A stretch of 64,000 bases of DNA, taken from the NCBI GenBank assembly GCA_905178155.1, contig CAJINV010000007.1, positions 2,275,151 to 2,339,150 of the forward strand, in the 5' to 3' direction. The notes under the pieces are model-generated. The model had not been told where the DNA came from, did not search any database, and saw nothing but the letters and a program-made list of their open reading frames with translations. Shown here one piece after another: positions 11,208 to 24,139 of the stretch. The stretch comes from Amoebophrya sp. A120 (Eukaryota > Protista > Dinoflagellata). The translations under genes were made by a program, and so were the position numbers. The number at the start of each line of letters is the position of its first letter. The stretch's first letter is position 1.

Positions 11208-14200
11208 CTAGATAGCGCAATACAAGGCTAGAAGACCTTTCTTCTTGTCGGGAAGTGAATCCTGGGGCGGTGTGCGAAACACCAACAGGGGTTTCATCAT
11301 TGGTTTTGTCAGAGGATCTGCACGATTCAAACCAGTTGGACAGTAGCAGAGATCACCAGCGTGATCCTTGACCGAATGCCAGCGCACTTGGAAGTGCTTG
11401 GTCTTCTTAGTTGGAAGGGTAGACCCCGCCACGGTCAGACTGCTCTGATTGTCGCAAAAGATCTGAGGCAGCTGCTTATTGGTCTGAAGCCAATCAGCAT
11501 AACCCTGAGACTGAACGAGCTGCAAAGTGTCATAGAGAGCAATACACTCGCTCTCACAAGTACTATGCGCCCTAATCGACTGGCGACGACTCGACCAGGC
11601 TACCGGGCATCCCCGATAAAAGAGAATGGAGCCGCTACTACTCCTAAGTGTAACAGTACACCCAGCATAGTCAGCATCCGAGAACGCAACCCACTCACGG
11701 AGTTCGCCTCTCTCTTTGTTGTGCTGATCCAGCACCTGTTGGCAAGTTTCTTTGAACTTAGACTCAATTGCCGGAGAATACTCAACCCCCTCTGTCAGAG
11801 TATGCAACAGATACCGCGCAACCCGCTTAGCCGCAGTGATCAGAGCCCCAGTGGGATTGGTCATCAGCCTAGCCACCCGATTGACTGCGAAGAGACAATC
11901 CGGACGCGATTGCGTAGCAATGTATTGCAAACCCCCAACCAAACTCCTAATAGGGAAATCTGGCTGCGTGGCCCCCTCTGAAAGATCAGAGTAGACGCAC
12001 GGAGTGGACATTGGTTTTCCCGCATTGATCTGAAACTTTTCAGCCAACTTGCGAACTGCTTGCTCCATGTCCAACTTCATACGCTGCTTCTCAGCATTAT
12101 ACAAAAGCCGAACGCCTAGGATGTCCCTGATTTCAGTAACACCATCGGCAGCAAGTTCCGCTTTGATGATTTTGCCATCAAATTCACCAAGGATTTCCTT
12201 GATAATGTCATCTACTTCTTTCTGTGTAGGTGCACTGATCAAGCTGTCATCAACATAGATGGCCAGCGTCACAGAACCGCGACGGAAGAGACCAGGCTCA
12301 CTAGGATGGCGATCCCAACCATGCTTACGCAAGTATGCATCATAGCAGTCAAACCACTTACGCGGCGCAATCTTCAAGCCATAGAGAGACCGAAGAAGAC
12401 GCATGACATCACCACGACTATCCTTGCTCCAATGCTTAGGCAGACGGATGAGCACTCGGTCGCTCGTCCTGACCAAGGTCACTGCGAAGGAATGCATTAC
12501 TGATGTCAAACTGCCCAATGCGTTTCTTGTTCGCAGCAGCATCGACCAAGAGAACCCGATTTGCAGCATGTGAGATAGTCGGACTAAAGATCTCAGCCTT
12601 GCTGACCTTCGTCTGACGATTCCCCAACGCCACGCATCTGGCCTTGTATCGACCGCAGCGCTTCTTGGTGTAAATCACCACGCGTGGTATGGTCTCATCA
12701 TCATCGGATAGCTTATCCTCGTCCGATACTGGCCTCCAGGACTGCAAAGCTTCCAACTGCAACTTTTCAAGGTTGTCAGCCTCCATGTACTTAGCAGAGT
12801 CCGGCGCAGTAAGGGCATGCTTCCGTGTAACTTGAACCGTCCACGCAAGAGCTTGCTCACCTTCCTCCAAGTCATCAGAAAATACTGAGCCCGAGAACGC
12901 GGCAGCTACTTCCACATCTAGCTCAATCTTTTGCGCACCTGCCTGATTCGCTGCCGCATTGTTCTGACGCCTAGTCTTCCTGCCCTTGCGGGTAGACCAG
13001 TGCGGACAAAGTTCACGCGTGAGACCCGTCGGCCGACCACGACGTAGACGAACTTTGACCATTGAACCGCCACGCTTGACCCATTTGAAAGGATTCAAGT
13101 CGTCGTCGATCAAGTCTGAACAATCGCGCCGATCACCGGAAGGATTGCTTTCGTTGATCTCTTTGGGCCAGTCATGAAACTTACCAGCCCCCTCCGAAAG
13201 GTTGGGAAGTTCCTTCCGCTCGCCTATTTCCAGCTGGATACTACCATCTGAAGGCTTGTCGGAGTTTTGGTCGCCAGTCTCCTTGTCAGGTTGCTCAAGT
13301 GGCACCGACTCAGGTAGACCCGACTCAGGAGAAACCTTAACAGGACCACTGGCCTTGTCTTGGTCAACCCTGTCACCCTGATTCGAAATCTCCAAAGAAG
13401 GAAACTCCTCATCGAGTTTCTGTCGCTTAGCCGAAGGACTTACTTCAACCCCCGTAGGACGACGCAAACTATCTCCCGCCCCACCTCCAAGAATCAAGCA
13501 GAGGCCACGGCGCCTCCTCTCAATCAAGGCAGCAGGTGTGAGACTAGTCTGTCCCCCCTCCGGCAGCTGTTTCGGATCCTGCTTAAGCTCCTGAATGTCA
13601 CTAATGACTGCGTCTTCGAAGAATTTCATTGAGCTATTCTCCTCAACCACAAAGCGCCATGCGTTCGTCTTGTCGCTGAAGCGCCAAAGACCAACCAGGA
13701 AGCTTGAGGAAGTACGAGAGTAACCGAGAAAGACTCCACGCTCATAGCGATCATCCAGCTTTTGCTGTTGGGTATGCACTTTGGCATAGCACTCACATCC
13801 AAAACGACGCAAATGCTTTATGGATGCTGGACGATTCCAACGCCGCTGGAAAGGACTAGACTGCGACTTCTTGCGCTGCCGTCTGTTATAGACATAGGCG
13901 ACGAAGCGAGCACAGTACTCCCATAGGCATGGATCAACGCCCTGCATGTTGGACCTGATGCCATCGGCAAGTGTCCTACTCCATCTCTCCACCACTCCAC
14001 TCTGTTGCGGCTCATAAGGAGAAGAATGGATCGGGAGAATTCCGAAATCTTTGCAAGCCTTTTTCCAAGACGACTCAGCTCCTTTGAAAGTAGGCTCATT
14101 GTCTGTCCTAACCCGTTCGGGTTTGCCGACTTCTTGAACGAACTTCCGCAGGATGTCCCCACAGTCAGACTTCTTTTCAATAGCATAGACCTCGACCCAC

Positions 14201-16178
14201 TTGGTACAAGAGTCCACAAAACTGCGAAGATAGTGAGCACCTTTGAGCGCCGCAGGAAGCGGACCCATAAAGTCAGAATCGACTTGCTCCAGGAACTTCT
14301 TGGCAATATGTTCCGGCGGCCTAGTAGGCTTGTGCGATGCCTGTCCGTAGGACTTACTTTTCGCACAATCTCGGCAAGAGCAGTCAAAGCCTTCGACTTT
14401 GAAATGCGCAGGACGCCTGTGGATAGTCAATTTGGAACCGTAGGTGGCCCCAGCTGCTGCGCCAATGGTAGCGAACTGAGCCCGTGCCTCATCCTCGAAC
14501 GAAACACCAAACACAGATGCGCCGCCTTTGACTTCAAACTTGTGAGACTGACCACTGGGGTCGATGAACTCGCGCCAACCATTGGGATCCCCTTGAGGTC
14601 CACAATAGTGAAGCTGAGCCCCCTCACTCGCAGCGACTTCCATTGAGAACAATTCCCGAGACAACATCGGATGGAAAAGACCAAACCACATGCCCTTGCT
14701 GTTCGGTTTAAATTTACCAATAGCACCTTTCACATTGGATGCTCCATCCGCAGTGCTAAGAGATTGATCAGCTGGGCCAATCCACTCGAAACGACTACGA
14801 ACCAACGCCCGACATATGGTGGCTAGCACCTGTGTCAAGAATCATCCCACACACGCTACCCGACTTCCCATTCTGACTCCTAGCATTTTCACCTGAAAAC
14901 ACCTGCGCACTAGAAAGGGTCGTCGTTGCTGTGTACGACTTTGCAAGATTGCTCTGCGCCTGTACGTTAGACGAGAAACAGGCGCGGGCGAACGATCCAG
15001 AACGAAAACCATACACGTGACGGCTCTCATCCTCTACCTCAGAACAAACCAACTCGCTCTTCTCATCTGGCTCGGCCTCCAAAATGGGAGAAAGGGAGGA
15101 CACACGTTCGACCACCTGACCAGTTCGCTTACTGCGAGCATGAAAAGATCCTACCAACACACCAGAGCTGTCACGTTCCATAGAGGTGGAAAGTTCATCA
15201 TCTTCATCATCAACAGCCCTCGGAGCATGAGAGGCAGGCGCGGGAAATACCACAGCCATCGCACCCTGAGCACCTTCATCATCATCATCCTGCTGCTTGC
15301 CTCCCTTCTTGGCCTTGTGTTCTTTGTTCAACTTCTCGAAGCGAGCACGCAGATTCTTCGGAGCCTTGTTGGGATGCAGCACCCAGCAACTGCCAGGCGG
15401 ATGGATCTTGCTGCAGATTTTGCGCTTCTTTTTGTTCTTGTCTCCTCCCGGAGGCTTCAGAACAGCACTAGCGTTGGCATGCTTTTGCTTGTCCTTAACC
15501 GACTGCAACTCTTGACGAAGAGACTTGACCTGCGCAATCAGAGCACGGGGGTCCTCTTCCTTGTTCCCTTTCAGATTCTGCAACCCTTCAAACTCCTTCA
15601 GAGTGCGTTTGATCGTAGGGATGTCAGTCTGGTTCTGAGCCAACAGAGTACCAGCGACAGTGTTAAACTTGGAATCGAGTCCAATCAACACACTAGCCGC
15701 GAGGAGTTCATCAAGCGAGATCTTTCCCTGAAGGTCCTCCCGCGCAATCAATCCGCTGACGAGACTCCACGAACTCCTCAACAGGCGTGGAACCCTGGGG
15801 CATCAAGAGTTTCTTGTAGGCTGCCAAACGGCTAGAAGCTTCCTGAGAGTTGAACTTCTTAAAGATGCTAAGCATGATGCCGAACAAGTGTTGGTCATCA
15901 GCTTGCTTCGCAGATTGCAGCGCCGACGAACCCGCAGAAAGACTATTGACGACCTTCGTCTTCAAAGTCTTGACGGCTTTCGCAGCGTCTACAACACTCT
16001 GCAAGGCTTTCGCCTCATTCACGGCCTTCGTACCCTTGCAGATATCATCCAGGACACCATCTAGATCATGCTCCGCAAAAGCACTGGCGACCTTATACCA
16101 CCAGTCAGAATAGCTCTGACCGCCATCACCGGAGAACTTCTCCAGATCCAGCTCCTTGGACTTGTCTTGGGTGGGCAT
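11208..16178 (-). pseudogene. Copia gag-pol polyprotein broken into four overlapping ORFs (frameshifts near 15770, 14810, 12460)
   Basis: Protease ILDTGASHHM; integrase CRDC, VDSDFMGP, RTDNEPTF, PQQSGVVER; RT YKARCVA, FDISNAFL, LYGLK, YVDD; RNaseH FSDADYAG, STCESE, CDNQS, ADPLTKP; two of the frameshifts fall inside the conserved PR and RT domains. Confidence 0.9.
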
Positions 16179-16304
16179 GTTTTTGGTATTCTTCGGAAAC
16201 TGGTAGAGAAACTCTAGAAACCTACTCGATAAAAGAAAATCGCAAGCAATAGTAAAAGTATACTACTACTGAGTCCACTAAGCTCTAAAAGCTCAAGGCG
16301 AGAA

Positions 16305-16519
16305 TGATAGAACGCAGATACTCAGAATACTATAGCCGTGATAGACTAAGAGCATACGCACCCGCTTCACTCACCTGAGTGGATTTGAGAGAGTCATGGC
16401 TCGGGGTTCTACTCCCCGGAGGTCATTCGTGTCATTTCGTGATCATCTTTCTTGTCATTTGGATCTCTAGCTTTGCTCTTAGATCTACAATGTAGGTCGT
16501 ATTCTGATCCTTCCCTACA
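16305..16519 (-). repeat. 5' LTR of copia element
   Basis: Direct repeat of 10627-10841 followed by TSD CTTAC. Confidence 0.95.
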
Positions 16520-16924
16520 CTTACGGTTGAAATTTTTATTACGTCGCAGAGTTTATTCGTAGTATACACAATAATATATGGAAGGTTGCATGTTTAATTT
16601 TCTCAATCTGGTGTCTTTATTGTTGTAGAGAATGCTAGCAATTAAATTGAAATGTGTAGACAAGAAGTAGAGCAACTAAATCTGCAACGAATGTAAAATT
16701 AGCAAACGGATAAAATAACATCAAGAGTTAGGGCAGACAGACACAACTTGCGAACAAATGTAAGAAACAAATCGGGTATTGTATCTTGCTGCTGCTGATG
16801 ACCTATTGTCATTACTGACAGCACAAACGGCTTAATCCGGTTGTCGTAGTTGCAAAACAAAAATCAAGCAGCCTGGACTACAACAAGAAACGTGACTCAT
16901 TCCCTTTGCATTTTTGCACACCTC

Positions 16925-19405
16925 TCACCTGTTCCACCGCGGTTTCTTAGGTGATTCAATTTCGGCATTCATCGTCCCTGCATTACCATTACCACCAGTC
17001 GCCTCAACGTTGCCTCGCTTCTTCGGGGCGAACCTGAAAGACTTCAGGGAGCTGCTCTGACCCAGACTTTTACCCGCTGCAGTCTGTGCGGCGCGGGACA
17101 TGTCGTCGTTGTTCTTCTTTCTCATCAGATGCCGCCAACGGTCGCTCGGAGAGCGAGGCTGAGCCTGAGCCGGTGGAGCCGGGGCTGGATTTTGATGGCT
17201 GTTCGCAGCTGGAATTCGTTGCCGCGCGTTTGGGGTAGAGGGCCGATCCGGAGCCGGAGGTTGACGTGCAACCTGTGGTTGTGCTGGTGGTGCTGCTGCT
17301 ACCAGCGCGCTCGGTGGTTCTGGGTAGTTGTTCTTGGGCACCGACGAGGATGAAGATGGCAACTGCGGCTCCGGATTGTTGATAGCCCCCACTGCACTGT
17401 TACTTCTACGCAGCGTGGAGTTAGAGTTTGCAATCATAGAAGCATTCGCCGTTGGAGGAATGGTAGAAACTACCGGTGATGGTGGTGGTTTCGCTTGTTT
17501 TGGCGCCATCTTCACGAGCGGGCAATAGTCTTCTTTGATGTATGTGAACTTCACGATCGACTTGCGGCCCTCGTCCAGCAATCTGGAGCAAATTGCTGCC
17601 GGACTGTTAGTCGCTTTGAAAAGGTACTCCAGATCGGCGGCAGTGCGAGCCGTAACGCCAGCGCAGCTCGCGTTATTTTCATCTACTGGGTCTTGGCCCG
17701 CTATGGAGCCAGGAAAGCCATTTTTTTCGCCGAAGAGGAGATCCAGGTGCTCGCAGGACCAGTCGGGCAGGTAGGTCTGCAATTCCTGCATGAACTCCGC
17801 GACCGGCATGTAGACGGAAGTGACGGGTGCGTCGGGGTACTTGAACTCGACGCTCGCGAAGAATTCTCTCGTCACGCAGTCCACGACTTTTGGCAGGAAT
17901 ATCGATCGCACGGCCAAAGCGAATACGTACTGCATCAGCGGCAGCAAGAACTCGCCGGCGGGTAAAAACTCCAGTTTGTGCTCCAAGGGCATACGCTGCA
18001 TGGGGCCGGTGCCGGCGAGCCCGAGGAGCGCGTGGTCTGCTCCGGTGGAAAAATCGCGGTGGAGCTGATCGAGCTGCTTTTCGATGGCGGAAAGCGAATA
18101 CAGGGGGTTCCAACGCGGGTACAGGTTTTGGTAGAAGAAATTCACGGTCGCCGTTTTCCTCTCGTCTTGTTCTTCCCCGTCCCGAAATGTTTTCTTCATT
18201 TCGTGGACTATCTCGTAGCCTGCTAGTGCGTCATCCGTGAACGAGATCCTTTTCACGGGGCAAACCGGCGGCGTCTTCTCCAAAATCCACGGCTCCAGCG
18301 CTTTCATGTAGAGCCCAGTGTACTCCTCTCGCCTCGCCGCGATCATCGGCATACTCACCCGTGGATACAGGGTTTCTAGTACCGCGTTCAAAATCCGCGG
18401 CACCCAGTGCTTCCGTTCCCAGGGTTGGAAGTCGCCGTTCGTGTAGGGCTGAAAGTGCCAGGATGTGCGGATGTCTTTGACAAGTGCTTTGCAGATTTGT
18501 TTTTCCATCGGGGTGGTGGTTACTAGAATGCTGCAGTCCGTCGATGCTGCTGAAACATCTTTTGCACGTGCATGGTTTTCGTTGTTCACAGGTGCCGCAG
18601 ATGAGGAGAAAGACGACGAAGAAGATGAAAGTCCGCCAGACCCAGCTGGCGCTACTTTTCTGCTCCTCAAGCTCTGGTAGGCACTCAGCTGGGACATGAC
18701 TGCCATCTCGGCAAGCTCCTGTGCTTCCTTCCGCAGCAAAGCGAGTTGCTTGCTTTTCACCTCCTCGCACAACCACTTCAGTGGATGGGTACTCATTTGG
18801 GCCATCAATTGACTCGCGAACCAATCCGATTTCAAAATCAGATGGCTTTTCAACGAGTCCAATTTCTTCCGACGGTCCTTGTCTTCATTCGCAATCTTCA
18901 ACGCCTGCAACGCCACCCTCTCCAGCGAAAACTCGCAATGGTCACTCACATGGTTCTCCAGCTCGTTTCGTCTCCCGAACCAACCGCAGCCTTTTCCGTG
19001 GTTCGGGCACGGAAGCTGCACCGCTCCGCACTGCTTCATGTGGTTCTCCGTTTGTGATTTGTTGAACGTCAAATCGCAGCCGGTGCAGCGAACTTTGGAC
19101 GTCGAAAGCAGGGACTGCATAAATCGAATCCGGTGCCATTCGAACGGCGGTCCTCTCCGGCAATTCGGGCACTTCGCGGAATCCTCGCCCTGCGCCTCCC
19201 GCACGGCCTGCAAGCAATCCTCGCAAAACTCGGTGCCGCAACAGGAGGTAAAGACCGGATCCTCGATCGGTTCGAAGCAGATGCGACAACTGTCCAACTT
19301 GTGCAGTACCTGGTCCGTCTCCTCCACTTTCACCTCCGGGCAAATCATCGGTCTTGGAGGAAGAGCACCGACGGAACCGGCCGAATTTCCAGGCAAGCCC
19401 GGCAT
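16925..19405 (-). CDS. RING finger + TRAF-type zinc finger protein, paralog 2
   Basis: CRICFE...SCCGTEFCEDC...CPNCR, CTGC...HMKQC, CPNHGKGC.W.G.R...H...C; likely start AAAATG at 19405 in ORF 16925..19510. Confidence 0.8.
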   Translation of the reverse strand: MPGLPGNSAGSVGALPPRPMICPEVKVEETDQVLHKLDSCRICFEPIEDPVFTSCCGTEFCEDCLQAVREAQGEDSAKCPNCRRGPPFEWHRIRFMQSLLSTSKVRCTGCDLTFNKSQTENHMKQCGAVQLPCPNHGKGCGWFGRRNELENHVSDHCEFSLERVALQALKIANEDKDRRKKLDSLKSHLILKSDWFASQLMAQMSTHPLKWLCEEVKSKQLALLRKEAQELAEMAVMSQLSAYQSLRSRKVAPAGSGGLSSSSSSFSSSAAPVNNENHARAKDVSAASTDCSILVTTTPMEKQICKALVKDIRTSWHFQPYTNGDFQPWERKHWVPRILNAVLETLYPRVSMPMIAARREEYTGLYMKALEPWILEKTPPVCPVKRISFTDDALAGYEIVHEMKKTFRDGEEQDERKTATVNFFYQNLYPRWNPLYSLSAIEKQLDQLHRDFSTGADHALLGLAGTGPMQRMPLEHKLEFLPAGEFLLPLMQYVFALAVRSIFLPKVVDCVTREFFASVEFKYPDAPVTSVYMPVAEFMQELQTYLPDWSCEHLDLLFGEKNGFPGSIAGQDPVDENNASCAGVTARTAADLEYLFKATNSPAAICSRLLDEGRKSIVKFTYIKEDYCPLVKMAPKQAKPPPSPVVSTIPPTANASMIANSNSTLRRSNSAVGAINNPEPQLPSSSSSVPKNNYPEPPSALVAAAPPAQPQVARQPPAPDRPSTPNARQRIPAANSHQNPAPAPPAQAQPRSPSDRWRHLMRKKNNDDMSRAAQTAAGKSLGQSSSLKSFRFAPKKRGNVEATGGNGNAGTMNAEIESPKKPRWNR

Positions 19406-20594
19406 TTTGAAAAAAACAACGACGATAACTACGAAAAACAAATATCGACGATTAGTCCAACCTATTGATGTGGCGGGTATCAAAGTAGAAGAGGTGAGAA
19501 TGAGACCCATACGACTACAACGAGCTCAACCATCAACGACCACAACACCGATCAAAACGATTCGTATGATTTGACGAAGCTTGTTGCCCGCTACGGAGGG
19601 CGGATCTGATGCAGATCAGACGATGCTTGCTGGTGCGAATAATACGACCGCTTATGTCGACCTTGATACGACGAGTCTCTTTACGAGGACGAAGAAGGCG
19701 ATCGACGACGATTTCTTCTCTAGCGCTCTTGTTCTCATATTCGATGTCGACTGCGAGTGGTCAACCTAAACCTTTATGCAAGAATATACACGACGGACTG
19801 AAACTGTCGCTCCTGCGGTCACGGACCACATCAACATTTTGAGAGCGAAAAACGAATCGAAAGGACGACACGACGACGGAGGGCGAAGAAGCGAGTTCTC
19901 ATTTGGAACTCCTCAGCAGCCGAGAAAGGGTATAGAAAGCAAACACTTTTATTTCGGGAGCCCATCCAGGACTATGCGGCAGGCCTACCTCGAACCATTG
20001 TGATCTTTAACTTTTCGCATCAACCTCAAAAGTGTGTACAGTTGAAACCTGTTGGAGAAAAAGAAACTCTGAACAAGAAGTCTCTAAGTTATACAGGATA
20101 AAGAAAATGAAAATGTTGCACGACAGAGTGATGAAAATAATAAATGTTTGAGGAAATCCACTATCCATCTGTGACTAAGTTAGGATTGAAAACAAAACTT
20201 GTGCCGGAGGCGGAGCACGCCGAGACTAGGCGCTGTAGCTGCGACTCGATACTGGAAGTTGGAGAACTTCGAAACACAATTTCATACGAATTTTTTCAAA
20301 AGAAGAAACAGCGAAAGTTGAAAGTGTACATTAGTGACATCACGACGCGAATGACGACCTATCGCTAGGTGAGAAACAAATATCTGTGAAAATAGTAAAC
20401 AAGATGTTCAAATAAACAACGTCGTACAAGAGAAAGAGAATCCTGTTAAGGCAAAGAAAGCTGAAACCTGTCATAAACTCGAAACGAAATAACGACTGCA
20501 GAAATCATAGTCAAGAACTAGCGAGAAATCATACTCTCCTGCCTTTCACCAAACTAACAGCAGCATCCGCGATATGGAGATTGTCACAGCTCGC

Positions 20595-23265
20595 TCAAGA
20601 CACGCTCTTCTTGGGTTTCTTCGGCGAGTTGTCATCTCCGCCGGAACCCGCGTCCTGGCTGAGTCGTTGCCGCTTCTGCTTCTGATGTGCGGTCGTGGAG
20701 GAAGAGGCAGACACTGCAGCTGCACTAGCGGCTACTTGCGCTTGATCTTGTGCTTGTACTTGTTCCCGCCCGGCGTCCATACCCAGACCAACCGAGCAGC
20801 TCCTGCGCCCTCTCGTTCCACTAGCGAACGGACCTGCGTCGCTCCGCTTCCGGATCTGACGCTGGGCACGGGACGGTGGCGGTGCAACCGACGCCCGGCT
20901 CTGTGGTGGACTCGGCGGCGCAACGGGAACTGCTCCTGACGCCGGTTGCGTTCCCGAAGGAGTCGCTTTCGACTTCCTCTTCGTGTTGCGTGGCGACGGC
21001 GATGCAGCAACACTACCCCGCCTCGCCGGTGGGTCAAATAGGGACTTGCTACTGCTGGCGCCGCTTTTCTGAATGCTAGGACCTTCTGCCGTAGAGGTTG
21101 TAACATTCGGCTTCGGATGGCTGTATTCCTGCGCAAAGTACCTGAACCCGACGACCGCCGGTCGACTGCCGTCCGGCGATTTCGAGACTTGAATCGGCGT
21201 GTTGGTCTTGTGAAACCAGTGCTCTAGGCGGGTAGTTGTGAAGGATGCCGCTTCTTTATCTTCCCCGCTGGTCACCGCGGTTCTAAGGCTGTTTCCGGCA
21301 TCGTCACAACCGAACAGCTCCAACCGCTTCTCAACCCAGGTGGGGATGAGTTTGAGAAGTTTTTCTAGGAAGTCTCTCAAGGGCATGAAGATGGTGGTTG
21401 TCTGCTGGTCCTTCTGGCTACCTTCGGCGACGGTGCGGAAACTAGATACTTAGATTGTTTGTTCTGGAGAAGGAAGCAGATGCGGAAGCGGAACTGCTCG
21501 CGGCAATTGAATCCCTAATATCCACATTCGGCAAGAACACTGCCCTACTGGACAAACAGAAGACGTACTGCGCTACCGCGTCTTGGAATGTCGGTGTGGC
21601 AGATTCCAACATTTTCCCCAGCTTCTGCGTGCTGTCCGCATGGCCCAACCTGATCAAGGTCGTTCTAGCGTCGAGGTCAGGGCCCGTGATGGAAAGATTG
21701 TCAGTCCTGTCATCGAATCTCAGTTTAGGCACTGGCGTGATTCCTCGGACGTGAGCAAGCTCTTTGGTGAAGGCTCTCCTGCAGAATCTCAACATCGCTT
21801 CCTTCAGCAAGGCTTGATGTTCCTTGTACCGTTTCTCCGCCTCCAGAACGTTATGATACGTGGGATCGATATTAAAAAACCCGCCGTCCTCCTCGAACGA
21901 AATCCTCTTCACGGGGAAGACCGGCGGGTGCTTGTCCAGGATCCAAGACTCCAGGCTTGTCAAATACAGAGTCGTGTAAAATTCCTTATCTGATTTGCCA
22001 GTATACATCTGCACCTTCTCCGTCGGGAACAGGAGCGCTGTAGCCTCGTGCAGAAACCGCGGCACCCAATGCGCGATCTCCCATGGGTGCAGAACCGCGC
22101 CGGAGCCGACATTAGTGAACGCATGAAACTTCGCGTGCTCGCGGACTTTTTTCAGCAGGATCTTCGCGATATGCTGCTCCAGCTCCGTAACGCTCGGTGC
22201 GAAGAGATTCGGCGTACCAAACAGAGCGCTGATACCCTGCTGCTGCAGCTCCATCGGGCTCGAGGAAATGGAAGAACAGGTCGGTGCGTCACCTGTGTCG
22301 TGCTGCTCGGGTTCGTGTTCCACTACTTTATCGACCTCATTGTGATCGACCGCTGCAGGAGATGTCGCTGGCGCTTTGTCATTCTTTGATGTCTTCGTGT
22401 CTGTACTGCGCACCCCGAAAAAAGAGGAAGAAGAGGAACATGAAGAGGTGGCACTCGTCTTCACCAGCACTACAGCAGTACTCGAGCTAGCTTTTGCTTG
22501 GGGCTGCTTATAAATTTCGGCTAAACTTGACGCTGGTTTCTTCGCGTAGAACTGCATCTGGATGCTGACCGCCAACTCCGCAAGCTCCTTGGCCTCGTAG
22601 CGGAGAAGCGCGAGTTTCTGCTTTTTCACTTCTTCGTACAACCACCGCAAGGGGTAGGCAGACTGATCCGTCATAAGGTGTTTGCCGTAGTCCTTCCCCC
22701 TTGCGCAGATCTTCGCCTTCACTTTTGCAAGTTTTTTCGCTCGGTCTTTGTCCTCGTTCGCGAACTTCAGTGCTTGCAAGGCCGCACCGTGCTCCGAAAA
22801 CTCGCACGAGTCCTCGATGTGGCTTGACAATGCCTCTCGGTCTCCGTACCACGAGCAACCTTTCACGTGGTTCGGACAGGAGAGCTGCACTTTCCCGCAC
22901 TGCTTCATGTGATTATCCGTCTCCGCGCGGTTGAAAACCTCCTTGCACCCCTCGCATTTCACTTTGGCGGTAGACAAAAGCGCCTGCATGAAGCGAATCC
23001 GGTGCCAGGCTAGGTTCTCCGCCCGGCAGTTCGGGCATTTCGCGTCGTTGCCGTGGGCGGTCTTCACCGATTTGAGGCAGTCCTCGCAAAACTCGGTGCC
23101 ACAGCAGGAGGTGAAAACCGGATCCGCGATTTCTTCGAAACAAATTCGGCAAGAATCCAGTTGAGCGAGGAGCTGGTTCTCGACCACTTTCACCTCTGGG
23201 CAAACGACCGGCTTGGGCTGGTGGCCCCTTGGTGGGCCTTTTTGGGAAAACGAATTCACCTGCAT
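20595..23265 (-). CDS. RING finger + TRAF-type zinc finger protein, paralog 3 (frame change near 21450: short intron or frameshift)
   Basis: N-terminus nearly identical to paralog 2 (CPEVKV...LDSCRICFE...SCCGTEFCEDCL); downstream ORF 20595..21386 (IFMPLRDFLEKL) matches paralog 2 VYMPVAEFMQEL. Confidence 0.75.
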
Positions 23266-24139
23266 CTTTTGCGTAGTCGAAACAGGAAGTAGTGGTCCGA
23301 GAACTAGCTACAGCAATGCAGGTGGTAAGAAGTAAAAGGAGGCTGACACCAGCATCATTTCAACTGCACCGCTGGCGCTGGTAAAGGTCATTTCCAGGGT
23401 CTTTAATCGATGGCGAATTGTAGTTGTGTGTGAGTGATGTCGATGCTTTGACAATGAATCAGTAACTTTCTTTACTTAACATGAAAAAACAAGCGGGAGT
23501 TGTAGAACTACATTCATTGTTCCAACAGGAGATTGAGATTCGTCTTTGTGTTCATCATCATCATGATCTACGCAGCTCTAGTTGAAAAGAAACGACGATC
23601 TCGAGTAGCAAAAGCGACAAGTGAATCGACCGCAGAAAGCCAATACCTAAACTCTCTCGTCAGTGGTGCAGTGCTTGCGAGCGAAACTGGCTCACACCTA
23701 CGATGAAGAACGAAAATTCACGTAATAAATCGACGACGGACATAGATAGGAGCGATAGCGATGCCATAAAGAGAACTCACGACTTGCATACTAGTGGAGA
23801 AACTACAACGTGGTCCGAATGATACTCTACGACTTTATTTTTCTGTACAAGAAACTTTTTCTACTGGTCTGAAGGAACTACAATGACACCGTGACTGTGC
23901 AGCTCCATGAGGTTGCGAGTTTTATTTTGCAATCATATTGTTGTCGCACCATTTGTCTCAAGACAACCAAGCGGTTGCCAATTGATGTTGCGCTACTGCC
24001 TTGATAACTGCGTTTGCTATCATGATGCGCGACCCTGTTGAAAAACTTTACTCTGCGTGCCCGGTTTCGGTTTTTGTCTTTCTTTACACAAACTGCCTCG
24101 CGTTCTGAGTGCTGGAGCTGACCCCCATCATCTATCATC

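Larger units (their letters stand above)
10627..16519 (-). mobile_element. Full-length Ty1/copia LTR retrotransposon (5.9 kb), degenerate
   Basis: Two 215-bp TG...CA LTRs, perfect 5-bp TSD CTTAC (10622-10626, 16520-16524), PPT at 10842-10851, domain order gag-PR-IN-RT-RNaseH. Confidence 0.97.

Noticed and set aside
14795-15781. Programmed gag-pol frameshifting in the copia element
   Set aside because: Three shifts, two inside PR and RT, plus diverged LTRs indicate decay
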